Source: Octopus vulgaris
Taxonomy: Eukaryota
Assembly: GCA_951406725.2 (NCBI GenBank)
Contig: OX597815.1
Span: 25,792,001-25,856,000 of the forward strand
Direction: 5' to 3'
DNA: 64,000 nt
This document shows, one piece after another, positions 25,921 through 39,124 of this stretch. A program made the translations under genes and the position numbers. Positions within the stretch are counted from its first letter, which is position 1; every line of letters starts with the position of its first letter. The notes beneath the pieces were generated by a model. The model was not told the origin of the DNA and ran no database searches. It was given only the letters and a program-made list of their open reading frames with translations.

Positions 25921-28000
25921 GCGGCTGAACGCTCCGTCCTTGGTAGGGGTCTGCGTTTCATCCCCCTCACTCCATCCTGTAAGGAATTCCAGACGCGAGT
26001 TGATGTCCACAGCTTTGTGCGCCGTGTCCGGTTGGGTGCGCATTACCACGACTCGCCACCCACACCCAACGAAGAGGACTGCTTCACTGGCCTGGGCCGC
26101 CGACCATCCCCGTGGATGCCTGCCCCTGGCCAGATCCTAGCAGGGAATCTTTTCGCCGGCGCTTGTCAGCGTGCATTGGAGCGGTTCAACTTCTCCAGGC
26201 GCCAACGCCGCCTCAACATCTCCCTGGCTGAGCTCTTGGCTCTTCGTTCCCTCCAACGGCGCGCTGACATTATCATCAAACCGGCTGACACCTCCTTCTA
26301 TTCCCCTCTGCCCTCTAACCCCACACATAGCTACCAACAGACGGTATCCTCTACTGTCCACGACCTCATCTCGTCCTCCCGTCTCCCCCGCACCGCATCC
26401 AACCTAATTGTGCGAACCCCACGTACCCCCACCATTTACTTCCTCCCCCAAATCCACAAACCCAACAACCCTGGCCGCCCCATCGTCTCCGCCTGTAACT
26501 GCCCCACGGAGCTCATCTCTAAATACCTCCACCGTGTCCTTGCCCCCCTAGTGGCATCTCTTCCCTCCCACATCCACGATACCAACCATGCTCTCCGGCT
26601 TTTCAACTCTTTCTCCTTTCCTCCCGGCTCCTCCAAAATCCTTTTTACTATGGACATCCAAAGCCTCTATACTGTTATCCCTCACCACGAAGGACTGCAG
26701 GCCCTTCGACACTTTCTTGACCTCCGCTCTAACCCTGTACCTGACACCTCCACACTCATTCGTCTGGCCGAACTTGTCCTTACTCTGAACTGCTTCTCGT
26801 TCGCGGGCGAGTTCTACCATCAGGTCTCGGGAGTGGCCATGGGAACGCGAATGGGCCTCAACTATGCGAACCTGTTCGTTGGCTATGTTGAGGCCCAAAT
26901 ATTCTCTAATTTCACTGGTCCCACTCCTGAACCATATGGTCGTTACATTGACGACATTATCGGTGCCACCTCTCTCTCCCGTGAACATCTAGATTCCTTC
27001 CTCTCTTTCGTCCAATCTTTCCATCCAGCCCTCCACTTCACTTCCACTATCTCCAACACCTCTGTCTCCTTCCTCGACATTTCGGTTAGCATTCTTCACT
27101 CCACTCTTACCACCTCCATTCACTACAAACACACAGACTCACACTCATACCTCAACTTCTCTTCCTCCCACCCAGAACACACCAAGCTTTCCATCCCCTA
27201 TTCCCAATTCCTCTGTCGACGTAGGCTCTGTAGTGACGACCATGACTTTGAGACTCAGTCTCAACGTATGGCTCACCACTTCACCCTACGTGGATACCCC
27301 CTCACCACTATCCACACCGCCCTTGCCAGAGCACGGTCCGTGGACCGTGTATCTGCTCTCTCTCCCCGAACCCGCCCTGTAGTCTTCCGCCTCCCTTTTC
27401 CCCTCACTTACCACCCCACGACCCTACGTCTCCAACGCACCATTCTTCGAGCTTTCCGTCATCTCCAGTCCGACCCGTCCACTTCACACCTCTTCCCTAA
27501 CCGACCCCTCCCCTCTTTCAAACGAGCCCACAACCTTCGAGACCTTTTGGTCCATAGCTCCTTCCCTGACCCTACCTCCCAACCCGGCTCGTTCCCCTGC
27601 TCCCGCCCACGTTGCCGCACTTGCCCTTACCTCTCCAACACCACCCTCCTCACTAGCACCCACCATCGACCCTATCCCATCATCCACTCCTTCACCTGCA
27701 CCTCCAGCAATATTATCTATTGCGTCTCTTGCTCTCTCTGCCATTCCTTGTATATCGGACAAACGGGACGCCGCTTGGCTGACCGGTTCGCGGAACACCT
27801 TCGTGACATCCACCTTGCGAACGACACACCGGTCTCACGCCATTTCCGCTCCACCGGTCACTCCTTGCAACACCTATCTGTGTTCGGTTTGTCCTTACAC
27901 AGAGGCCATCCGGATTCCCGTTTGCGCCGTGAACAGGAATTAATCTTCTCTCCTCGCTCTTATACGCCATTTGGTCTCAACTCTCCCCCCTCCTCATCTA
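25921..28000 (+). pseudogene. PLE reverse transcriptase / GIY-YIG endonuclease ORF (open frame, probably inactive)
   Basis: LPQIHKPNNPGRPIVS, FTMDIQSLYTVIPH, QVSGVAMGTRMGLNYANLF, RYIDDI, FLDISV, Cys linker CSRPRCRTCP, and NIIYCVSCSLCHSLYIGQTGRRLADRFAEH. The first ~31 aa of the 850-aa track ORF are SINE-derived, and its Pro/Ser tail is read-through of a pyrimidine tract. Confidence 0.9.
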
Positions 28001-28339
28001 ACCCCCCTCCTCACCTATCCTTCCCCCCGACCCCTACTTCTTCAGTCCTTCATCCTTTCACCCCTACTCCCCTTCCCTTCTTCCCTCCCTCCTTCCCTCT
28101 TCCCCTTCCCTCTGCTCCCTCTCTCCCCCTCTCCCTCCCCCTCTCCCTCTTTCCTCCTTCCTCCCCCTCATCCTCCCCTTCCTTCTCCCCTCCTCCCCTC
28201 CCCCTCCCCTCCCCTCCCCTCCCCATCTCCTCCCCATATTCTTCCCCTCCCCTTCCCCTCCCCTTCCCCCCTCTTCCCCTCCCCCTCTTCTCCCCCTCCC
28301 CCCTCTTCTCCTCACTACACCACACGACTTTACACATCA

Positions 28340-28712
28340 CATCATATATGATGTGCCATACTAATACATACACCAACTAATACATACTAATACGTACTAA
28401 TACATACTAATACATACTAATACATACACCAACCCTATACATACACACATCCAGACCCCTCATACGCACTTATACTCTCTCATACACACACACACACACT
28501 TATACATACTAATACGTACTAATACATACTAATACATACTAATACATACACCAACCCCATACATACGCACGTCCAGACCTATCCTACGCACTAATACTCT
28601 CTCATACACACACACACACACACACACACACCACACCCTTATACATACTAATACATACTAATACATACACCAACCCTATACATACACACGTCCAGACCTC
28701 TCCTACGCCTTA
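28340..28712 (+). repeat. Minisatellite in PLE 3' region (about three ~120-135-bp units containing ATACATACTA decamers)
   Basis: CACCAACCCYATACATAC..TCCAGACC recurs at about 28427, 28549 and 28668. Confidence 0.8.
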
Positions 28713-28883
28713 ATAGCTGGTCATTCAACCCTATTATCAACCCTATTACTCCCCTTATTTCGCTCTCGCGTCTCATGTTTGATCTTTGACCTCTGGCCGA
28801 AATCAGATCGCCATGTTGATTCGTTAGTTACTGCACGCATTTTTTTTCTCTCCTTCTTTCTGTGTTTTTTTTCTCTCTGTGTA

Positions 28884-28921
28884 TCTTTCTGTTGAAGAGC
28901 GTAGGCTCGAAACGTTAAAGA
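28884..28921 (+). ncRNA. Minimal type I hammerhead-like motif, A6U variant
   Basis: TCTTT-CTGTTGA-A-GAGC-GTAG-GCTC-GAAA-CG-TT-AAAGA: stems I and II, palindromic ACGT stem III. Confidence 0.7.
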
Positions 28922-29018
28922 CTTGTTTTATTTATATTTCCTGAGCGCCATACTAATACAATTGTTTGTTTGTTTTCCACCTGCCTTCGTCTTTTGTCTA
29001 TTTTCATAAAGCTTCCCG

Positions 29019-29049
<31 letters not shown>

Positions 29050-29098
<49 letters not shown>

Positions 29099-29295
29099 AT
29101 TTATGTGTTTCTGTATTTGTCCCCTCGCCATCGCTTGACCGATCCTGACGAAACTTATCGATTCGGCATGAGAGACAGAAAATAAGTACTAAGCTTACAA
29201 AGGATAAGTCCTGAAGTCGATTTCTTTGGCCAAAACTCTTTAAGGCGGTGCTCCAGCATGACCGCAGTCAAGTGACTGAAACAAGTATAAGAATA
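29050..29295 (+). mobile_element. SINE family 2, 3' half (split by the PLE)
   Basis: TTTGTCCCCTCGCCATCGCTTGAC ... GGCGGTGCTCCAGCATGACCGCAGTCAAGTGACTGAAACAAGTA. Confidence 0.85.
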
Positions 29296-29923
29296 TATAT
29301 ATTTATACACGCGCGCACACACACACACACACGCACACAGCTATGGTGATGCAAACAAGAAAATAGAACCCAAAATATGAGTATATGTATAGTTTTATAT
29401 TTTCATTAATATTTTACAGAAGCGACAGAGTGGCCGAGAGCTTCATGAAAAATGTGGTGTAGGTAAAATTTATTCAAAATATTACATTTTTAAAAAGCAT
29501 AATTCCACGTTATAGATTTTGAAGCAATAAACTAAAATGAGAATGAAAACAAAATTGGAAAAACAGATCATAATAATTTTAAGCGTCGTACAATAAAGAG
29601 AAACATTAGATCATAACACGATTTCAAATCTCACTTCTAGTTATTTTGTAGTTATTGTATTTCCCTTGTGAACATCGCTAATACCAATCAGTTTCAAATT
29701 TTCCACCTTGTAAACCATGAAACATTGTAAATCTATATGATAGATCAATTTTGATATTTTTCTAATAAAGACTGATAAAGTAATTTATAGACATACATAG
29801 TAAGAGTTATAATACTTTTATTAATATATATATATATATATATATATCGGAAAGCAATGGAAATAAACAAACAGTAAAGACTCAGATTTAAATGTATTAC
29901 TGTATTAATGTGCTACACAATTA

Positions 29924-30082
29924 TGAGTTCAAATTCCGCCGAGGTCGACTTTGCCTTTCATCCGTTCGGGGTCGATAAATAAAGTACTGGTTTCGCACTG
30001 GGGTCGATGTAATCGACTTAATCCCTTTGTCTGTCCTTGTTTGTCCCCTCTATGTTTAGCCCCTTGTGGGTAGTAAAGAAAT
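29924..30082 (+). mobile_element. 5'-truncated SINE family 1 flanked by a 90-bp direct repeat
   Basis: Starts at the B-box TGAGTTCAAATTCCGCC; 29847-29936 is repeated at 30110-30199. Confidence 0.88.
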
Positions 30083-32272
30083 ATATATATATATATATAT
30101 ACATATATATCGAAAAGCAATGGAAATAAACAAACAGTAAAGACTCAGATTTAAATGTATCACTGTATTAATGTGCTACACAATTATGAGTTCAAATTCA
30201 AACTGGTTTCGGATTTTTCTTTCTTATTCCATGAAGAAATAAAAAAAAATGATACTAAAGGTGGCGATTTGGCAGAACTGTTAGCACGTTAGGCAAACTG
30301 CTTAGCGTTATTTCTTCCGATATATTACGTTGAGTTCAATTTCCGTCGATATCGACTTTGCATTTCATTCCTTCGATGTCAATAAAATAAATACCGGTTG
30401 ACCACTGGGGTCGATGTAATAGATTTACTACTCCCCCTCTTAAATTGCTGGTCTTGTGTCAAAATTTGAAAGAATTAAATAAGTACCAGTATCATATATC
30501 GATCGATTATGTACCCCTGTCTATAAAAAATTAAGGTGGTGCGTTATCCAAAAATTGAATACAACCTATGTAACTTCCAATATATTAGATATAACCTCCC
30601 AGGCTTTACAGGTAATCTATAAAAATTTGGATTTGTCTAGAACTATTCCATTCTGATATGTACTTCTTTTAAGAGGACAGTAAACGGAGTGTCATCAGGC
30701 TGATGATTTTACTCAGCAATGTTAGCAGAGCAAGGGAAATAAAATGATTTCGATCTTCAGGAGAAATCATTTTTGCAGAAATCATTTTTGCAGTCTCGAT
30801 TCACAGATACCTTCACTCTAATCGCTCTGATAACTGGGTTGTTTGATTATATATTACAGTAATAGAAACATAGTCAGGTAACTGAAGACTGTGTCTTTGG
30901 ATTTTCACCAACTAGACACCCCACCGTACCGACTATTGGTTCACCCACCAGGCTTTTCAGTAGCTGTTATTTTATTGAGCCCTAAATGATGAGGCAGTCA
31001 AGGAGGCTTCTGATCAAATACTTTCGATTCCTAAGTATTCTATCTTTAACATTTCAGACAATGTACCTTGAACTATATTACTTTACGTGGTAGTTTTGGC
31101 TGTTATTTGTAGCATTTTAATTGATCACGTTGATGTCCCCTCAACAACATTTAGAAAATTAACAAACCGTTGCTAATATATTACACAAAAATTCCAAGAG
31201 CCGGTTTCGAATTTTGACAATTTTTTTTGACATTCCTGATGACAAAATGAATATCAAAATGTGTGAAGACAGAGAAAGAGATACCAGAATTTTAATGTCG
31301 GTTATCGTGAATATCTATTCAGCGCCATCTATTGCCAAACTAAATAATGAACTTTCTCATCGTTTGTTTTGCTGTTATTTCTTTAATTTTGAATTAAAAC
31401 CGCTTTCATTTTAGCAAATTTTATAATACGGCCTATATCTAGCCGACAGTATAGTTATAATCTTGCGCATGCTCATAACTCAAAATCCTGACGTGCTAGA
31501 ACAATTTTGAGTGCGAATTCGGAATCAGTATCCTCGAATTAGTCTAAAACATTTGCTTTTACCACAGTAGCAAAATCTTTGTTGTCCAGTGTTATCAGTC
31601 TAGTCCATATTATACTGGCTACTACACCATACGTATATTTAATATCACCAGAAGAATGTTGTAGATTTGGTAATGTTTTAGCTAATGTTTTCACAAACAC
31701 ACACACACACACATTGACAAACAAACAACTGCCTACGAAATCACAAGAGTGTTCCATATACATTGGTAGAGAAATCGTCTAGAGAAAATTGCTACACTTA
31801 TTTTGCCCTATTGATGACGAGAGAAGCATACACGCGCTCTCACACACACACACACGAGCGCGCGCGCACACACACACACATACACACACGCACGCACGCA
31901 CGCGAAAAGAGGCATATGTATTACATGCACTTTCAGGATAGGTATTTATAAAAACGCTAATTTATCACAAGTTTACATCACGTAAACAAATATCATATTC
32001 TCACAATCTCTAAAAGAAATCTCACCATGTAAAGTAGCCCTTCATATATATAAATTATGTATCTTGTAGTAAGAGCAGATCGTCTCAATTACATTTGAAC
32101 CAAAATGTCTCACTACATTGCTTCAAAAGTGGTCAGAATATTGTTCAAATCCCGCAAGGCACTTAAGATATTTCCATATACAGAAAGTACTTTAAAAATC
32201 TAAGATATCTCTACAGTTTATTTTATACTTTTTCATTTATGGAAAACACTTGAGTCTAAATATATATGTATA

Positions 32273-32716
<444 letters not shown>

Positions 32717-33349
32717 TTAGGTATATGTTGGATCTCCGTCTATTTCGCCGATCAGGATTCAGTAGGTCTGTCAACAGAATGATTTCGGTTAACTGAATAA
32801 TTGGATGACTTAGCCATTGGAATAGCATGTAAGCGGCTGAGCGTGACAAAGAAGCATATACTCTTAACGTATTTCTCAGACAGAATCAGCATGACAGTGT
32901 GTGTGTGTGAATGTTGTACCTTGACTTACAGGAACAATCTATTCGACGGGTTTTTATACAGTTTCCGTTTACTCAGCTCCACTCACGCCGGATAAAATCT
33001 ACACGAGGCTATAGAAAACGACACTTACCAAAGATGTCACACAACAGGATCGAACGCTGTACCTTGTTGTTGCGAACCGAGCTACACAACCTTTAAAAAC
33101 ACACACACACACATATATATGTGCGGTGTGTGTATATGTGTATCTATACATGCATGTGTGTGCATATGTATACATATATACACACACACAGACATACAGA
33201 TTGAGCATCGCTTGCCGTCTAGCTGATCGAGAATCGTGAAACTGGTAGATAAATAAATTGAGGTCGCATGACTAAGAGAAGGCATTCTTTTTACACCTAC
33301 TAGAAATACATCACAAAGCAATCAAAACAACTCTATATTTACTTTTTAC

Positions 33350-33569
33350 TTACTTTTACTTTTTACTTGTTTCAGTCATGTGATTGTGGCCATGCTGGAG
33401 CACCGCCTTTAGTCGAGCAAATCGACCCCAGGACTTATTCTTTGTAAGCCTAGTACTTATTCTATCGGTCTCTTTTGCCGAACCGCTAGGTTACGGTGAT
33501 GTAAACACACCAGCATCGGTTGTCAAGCGATGTTGGGGGTGACAAACACCGACACACAAACATATACAA

Positions 33570-33617
<48 letters not shown>

Positions 33618-33690
33618 GACAGGCTTCTTTCAGTTTCCACTCACAAGGCTCTGGTCGGCCCGAGGCTATAGTAGAAGACACTTGCCCAAG
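33350..33690 (-). mobile_element. SINE family 2, 5'-truncated
   Basis: Reverse complement of family 2 body and tail. Confidence 0.85.
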
Positions 33691-33977
33691 TTTATTGACA
33701 ACATTGAAATAATAGGCATTCTTCTTCGGCAAAGGCATCAACAACTTATCCATGGACAATAAAATTACCATTGTGACACTGGTGTTCAATGTTAAATTTC
33801 TTATGCGTCTTATTGAACAGCTTAATATCTGAAAACTTTAGAAACGGGAAAAATATTCCCCCCATAACCGACATCAATATCTTCATTATTTTGTGAAAAT
33901 TATTTCTTGGTTTCCTACAGCATAAACAGGTATAGCAGAGACAGACCCCATGAAATAGTTAATTTCTTATATACATA

Positions 33978-34365
33978 GGCGTAGGAGTGGCTGTGTGGTA
34001 AGTAGCTTGCTTAGCAACCACATGGTTCCGGGTTCAGTCCCGCTGCGTGGCACCTTGGGCATGTCTTCTTCTATAGCCTCGAGGCGACCAAAGCCTTGTG
34101 AGTGGATTTGGTAGACGGAAACTGAAAGAAGTCCGTCGTATATATGTATACATATGTGTTTGTGTGTCTGTGTTTGTCCCCCCAACATCACTTGACAACC
34201 AATGCTGGTGTGTTTACGTCCACGTAACTTAGCGGTTCGGCAAAAGTGTCTGATAAAATAAGTACTAGGCTTACAAAGAATAAGTCCTGGGGTCGATTTG
34301 CTCGACTAAAGGCGGTGCTCCAGCATGGCCACAATCATATGACTGAAACAAGTAAAAGAGTAAAG
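33978..34365 (+). mobile_element. SINE family 2, full length
   Basis: GGCGTAGGAGTGGCTGTGTGGTAAG ... GACTGAAACAAGTAAAAGAGTAAAGAG. Confidence 0.9.
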
Positions 34366-35545
34366 AGTACAACATTGAATCTAATCATGAGTAAATATTA
34401 CCCCTATCGAAACTCCAGCGAAGAAAAAATAAAACAAGTACTCCCACAACACTTTCGCGACCACAAAGCAAATTTCAATGTTAAATGACGTATATCTAAA
34501 CAATCCCTGGACTGAGAAATATTGATAAACTTACACATACTTGATAAACCTTTTGTTATGGGTAGTTTAATGACAAATTCAAATCCCGAGCAATTCATAG
34601 CAAAAAATAAAAATATATAATCTGGTATAGTCCTACTCATTCTCGAGTATAATCTGCATTTTCCCCCCAAAATTTAAAGGTCAAAAACCCTAGTGCGTAC
34701 TATATACGAGGTTAAAAATTAAAAATATTTTCTAAGCAATGTCCGAGTTTCTATTTGCTGTCCGGCAATGTTTATTCAGACGCATTTTGTGATGTCGTGC
34801 GCGAAAATACCTTAAGCTAAGCCTGAAAGCAATGAAGTCATAAAAGAATTATCCATAACTTGCAGTAAGCAACATTTATTAAACGTTATTACTGTTATTA
34901 CTGTTATTTCTTTATTTTCTGCAAACAAAATGCATAAAAAAGCTACAAGTTTGCATTATGTTATATATATACAATAATAATAAAGGACGTTACCGTATAC
35001 ATTTTTACAAACCAAGGACGTTATATAGACTCAAGTTAGAGAAGGGGTGCGTATTATACATAATGTTTAGGTTTTTCAGAGGTACAGCCCCCTAAAAACC
35101 CCCTGCGTATTATACTCAAGGGCGGACTATACTCGAGGGTTTACGGTAGTTGTGTCTACAGATGTAGGAAGAATATTTCTAATATTAATTATCACACACC
35201 TTTCCACATCAAATAAGTATCATAAAATCTTCAATATAAATGCTGTTAAAACTATCTACAGATATGTAAGTTATACAGGGCTACAAATCTCTAAGCACAT
35301 CTAAAAAATTCATAAACACAATACAAAAACCCATCCTACATATGATTATGGAAACATGTCCATTTGTTATGCTGAGTGCTTGTAGAAAGCAAAACTAAAG
35401 AGAGAAAATGTAGAACCGGTAGATTGACACGATAAACACGTGTTTGTGCTTAACGTAAAACACTAAATAGCCTTCCACGCTGCAATTGTTTTCGTTCCAG
35501 CACACGATCTCAGATCAAGTCACTCGCTATGCAAGTACATCTCCA
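34366..35545 (+). mobile_element. Decayed second PLE (RT thumb/linker relics plus 3' tail), interrupted by a MITE
   Basis: TTLNLIMSKYYPYRN, IIWYSPTHS and VSTDVGRIFL..NKYHKIFNIN resemble PLE motifs DVTLNL..YYPYRKP, IIWFNPPYS and VSTNIGK.FL..KIFNRN. 35471-35545 matches the tail at 38908-38990 (minus strand). Confidence 0.6.
34637..35148. mobile_element. Tc1/mariner-superfamily (Tc2/pogo-like) MITE
   Basis: Right end GCGGACTATACTCGAGGGTTTACGG-TA; left end CTCGAGTATAATCTGC (outer bases missing); subterminal TGCGTATTATA repeats. Confidence 0.65.
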
Positions 35546-35584
35546 TAAAACTAAATAGCCGATGCCTCGATAATGCTGTTCGGG

Positions 35585-35628
35585 ATACATACATACATTA
35601 ATACATACATACATGCATACATACATAC

Positions 35629-35659
<31 letters not shown>

Positions 35660-35741
35660 CATACATACATACATACATACATACATGCATGCATGCATGC
35701 ATACATACATGCATGCATACATACATACATACATACATACA

Positions 35742-35775
<34 letters not shown>

Positions 35776-35835
35776 CATACATACATACATACATATGTAC
35801 ATACATACATACATACATACATATATACATACATA
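35585..35835. repeat. (TACA)n microsatellite
   Basis: Direct reading; one of many such arrays. Confidence 0.95.
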
Positions 35836-36044
35836 TATGTGAACACACACAAACGCACGACACGCGCACATACATATATGTAATATCGAAATATTTTGCA
35901 TATATTAAGGTATATAAGATTGTACACGCTTCAAACGTAAAGTTGTGAGGCACATTTATGTTTTACGCCACAAATTAAATAAAATTTTATACATGTATTT
36001 AAACTCACAAACGCATACGCGCATACACACGCATATTCACCCAT

Positions 36045-36078
<34 letters not shown>

Positions 36079-36281
36079 CCACCCACATAAATATATCGAG
36101 AGTGTGAGGGAAATTTGGGAGAGAGCGAATGAGAGAGGAGAATATTCATTCATTGAACCTGCATACTGAAAATTTTAAAACTGGCTCTATGTCCATGGCA
36201 TGTGTTATTGATTCAGTGAATGATTCTATTTGCCTTGAGAAGAAACTTACTGCTAATTCAGATGAAGACTAAGCCAAACGC

Positions 36282-36386
<105 letters not shown>

Positions 36387-38024
36387 ACAATAACAACACC
36401 GACAACAACAGCTAACGTAATGTGTAACCCTTGCTGTTTCAAAACAACAGCTTAAAAGCTGTTGTCACCAAAATTACATATAAAATTCTTATAACCGAAT
36501 GACACAAACAAGCATTATGGTGGGCAAATCTACAAAACTTGATGTTCGTTAAGAAGTTATAAAATACCTGATTATGTTTCAGGAAAAAAAAAAATCCGAG
36601 AAGAATAACACCTAATTTCTGCTATAGTTTGGAAGCGTTGTTTTGATAGCCATTAAACATTTGACAGACATGAAAACCTATATATGGACAGCTGTTGAAA
36701 AATTGTACTGTTTTATTAACAAGTTGGTAAGCCTTCTACGTTCTCATATTTTTGTGAAACAGTAGGTGGTTTACATATATGGTTTCATTTTGGTGCGTTT
36801 AAGTGCTGTGTGTGTGTATTTGCATGTGAGTGTGTGTATTTATGTATGTGTGTATGTGTTTGTGTGCGTGTGTGCGTGGATGCGTTCTTATGACGTGTAG
36901 GTTATTGGCGTAGTGCTTTAAGGTAAGCAGGTAGTGTATAATATTGTGTAGCTCAAGCCAGCTCTAACTAAGCTGTCCTAACAAGTACACAATTACTTGT
37001 AGAGATCCGGCTCCAATGCTTAATAGCCAGGTGATGGAAGTACATCATACACATATTTCTGGAGGAAGCGTAAACTGGCTGGTTTCATTCTCCTGGTGGC
37101 ATCCATGTTGCCCATAAGCATTGCCTTCCTAAACCCGCAGCTTTTATTTTACTCTCCACTTCAGCATTTTGCACACATGTATAAATGCATGCACACACAC
37201 ACACACACACACGCACATACATACACACACATACACGTACACCCGCACGAGCGACAATAAACACATGTATTGTAACTTGGAAGAGTAATTTTGCCAATTA
37301 CAACATACGCACTGTTTCTGTTTCAATTCTATCCAATATAATTGGCTAATTTAGTAAATACTAATTAACTAGTCCATTTCTTGATTAACCGTGTAATTAG
37401 TCGTTTTCTGTTGTTTTGTCAGCGTTCATTTCATCGCCATCATTTCAAGGATCACGTGTCCTTGGTGCTTCTGGTTTATTACGATGTATCCAAGACTGGA
37501 TACATCATGACAGACCTAGAGCAAAAAGAGTACGACATCGATGAAGCTGCGAATGATGCTGAAACGATTCTGACAAATCAGTTAATTGATTAATTAAGTA
37601 ATGAAAGGAAAAGTCGACCCCGGTGGAATGTGGACTCAGAACGTAAAGACGGACGAAATGCCGCAAAGCATTTTGTCCGGCATGCTAATGGTTCCGCCAG
37701 CTCTCCAGAATATCTTCTTGACTATAATACAAAGAAATAATTTCAAAAATAACAAAGAAATGAAATAGAATTAGTCCGTGTATATTTATTGGCAAAATGA
37801 CCTTCCCAAAATACAACATCTGTTGCAACATATGATACACATCAAAACAAAGATAGAATTATACCTACATACATATACATTCATATACATATACATTCAT
37901 ATACATACACACACACACACATACATACATACATAAATACATACATACATACATATGTACGTACGTACATACATAAATACATACATACATAATGCATACA
38001 TACATACATACATACATACATACA

Positions 38025-38054
<30 letters not shown>

Positions 38055-38057
<3 letters not shown>

Positions 38058-38630
38058 TGGCTGCCCCTCGTTATCGAGTATGGCCATTACACGAGGCTTA
38101 TCTGTTAACGATGCTGTGATTGAATGCGACTTTTTAGCCCAGCTAAAGATCTACAATGTCTTGTACAGAATTTGCAGCTAAAACCTTTACTGCCAATAGC
38201 CGGCTGTAGTTGTAATTGGGTTTCATGTACTTTTGCATGTCGCTTAAGTCCCCCTGCCGACTCTCCCTTCTACATGCCTGACAGATATGATTAGTATGGT
38301 GTGTAGCACCACCACCAGCAGCCTGGTAGTCAATTATCGGTCTCGCTTTATGACTACGAAGATGACTCTTGAGCCCAGCTTTACTGAGGCAGGGTCTTGC
38401 ACAGACACTGCATGTGAGCGTCATAGGAAGACCCTTACCGTTTGGAAGTGCAACAGTGATGCCCTTCCTGACATCCCTCCTCACTTTCTCATGCGCAACT
38501 CGAGATTTCTCAAAAATAGCTGTCCCCTCATGCATAATCCTTCTCCACCTGCTACGGTCAACAGCTATGCCCTCCCATGTGTCAGGAGAGATGCTAGCAT
38601 CTCTCAAGGAACCCTTCAGCAAGTTTTTAT
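38055..38630 (-). mobile_element. RTE (BovB-like) LINE 3' end with C-terminal C2H2 fingers
   Basis: KGSLRDASISPDTWEGIAVDRSRWRRIMHEG (RTE C-terminal motif), CSVCARPCLSKAGLKSHLRSH and two further decayed fingers, stop near 38105, 3' end GGCCATACTCGATAACGAGGGGCAGCC. (TACA)n lies on both sides. Confidence 0.85.
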
Positions 38631-38820
38631 GCATACATACATACATACATACATACATACATACACACATGCATACACATACATACATGCATACACATAC
38701 ATACACGCATACATATTCATACATATACACACCCCCACATATATATATATATATACACACACACACATATATATATCACACATATATATATACATACAAT
38801 CATATATATATATATACATG

Positions 38821-38911
<91 letters not shown>

Positions 38912-39054
38912 CGGAGATGTACTGTACTCGCATAGCAAGTGATTTGATCTGAGATCGTGAGCTGGAACGAAAACAATTGCAGCGTGAAGGTGTTTGTAAG
39001 CCATTTAAGAAACACACAAAAGCCGTTCGATTCACTTCAACATTTAAGTTTGAA

Positions 39055-39104
39055 TTTGTCAAAATATTTTCGTCGCTAAAATCGGCGACCTGTTCACTGA
39101 CAAA
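39055..39104 (-). ncRNA. Minimal type I hammerhead-like motif, G3:C8 variant (left arm)
   Basis: TTTGTCA-GTGAACA-G-GTCGC-CGATTTTA-GCGAC-GAAA-ATAT-TT-TGACAAA. Confidence 0.7.
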
Positions 39105-39124
39105 AATCCGATGCAGCACGGATT

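Larger units (their letters stand above)
25921..29020 (+). mobile_element. Penelope-like element (Neptune-type), 5'-truncated
   Basis: RT + GIY-YIG ORF, C/T-rich tract, minisatellite, and a 3' terminus with a hammerhead-like motif, ending ..GCTTCCCGTTA(TA)n. Confidence 0.93.

Noticed and set aside
25828-28380. 850-aa ORF as a complete functional gene
   Set aside because: It starts at a non-ATG codon inside a SINE, the PLE is 5'-truncated, conserved motifs are mutated or deleted, and the last ~125 aa are a translated pyrimidine tract.
28340-28712. CRISPR-like array
   Set aside because: Tandem minisatellite without unique spacers, in a eukaryotic retroelement UTR.
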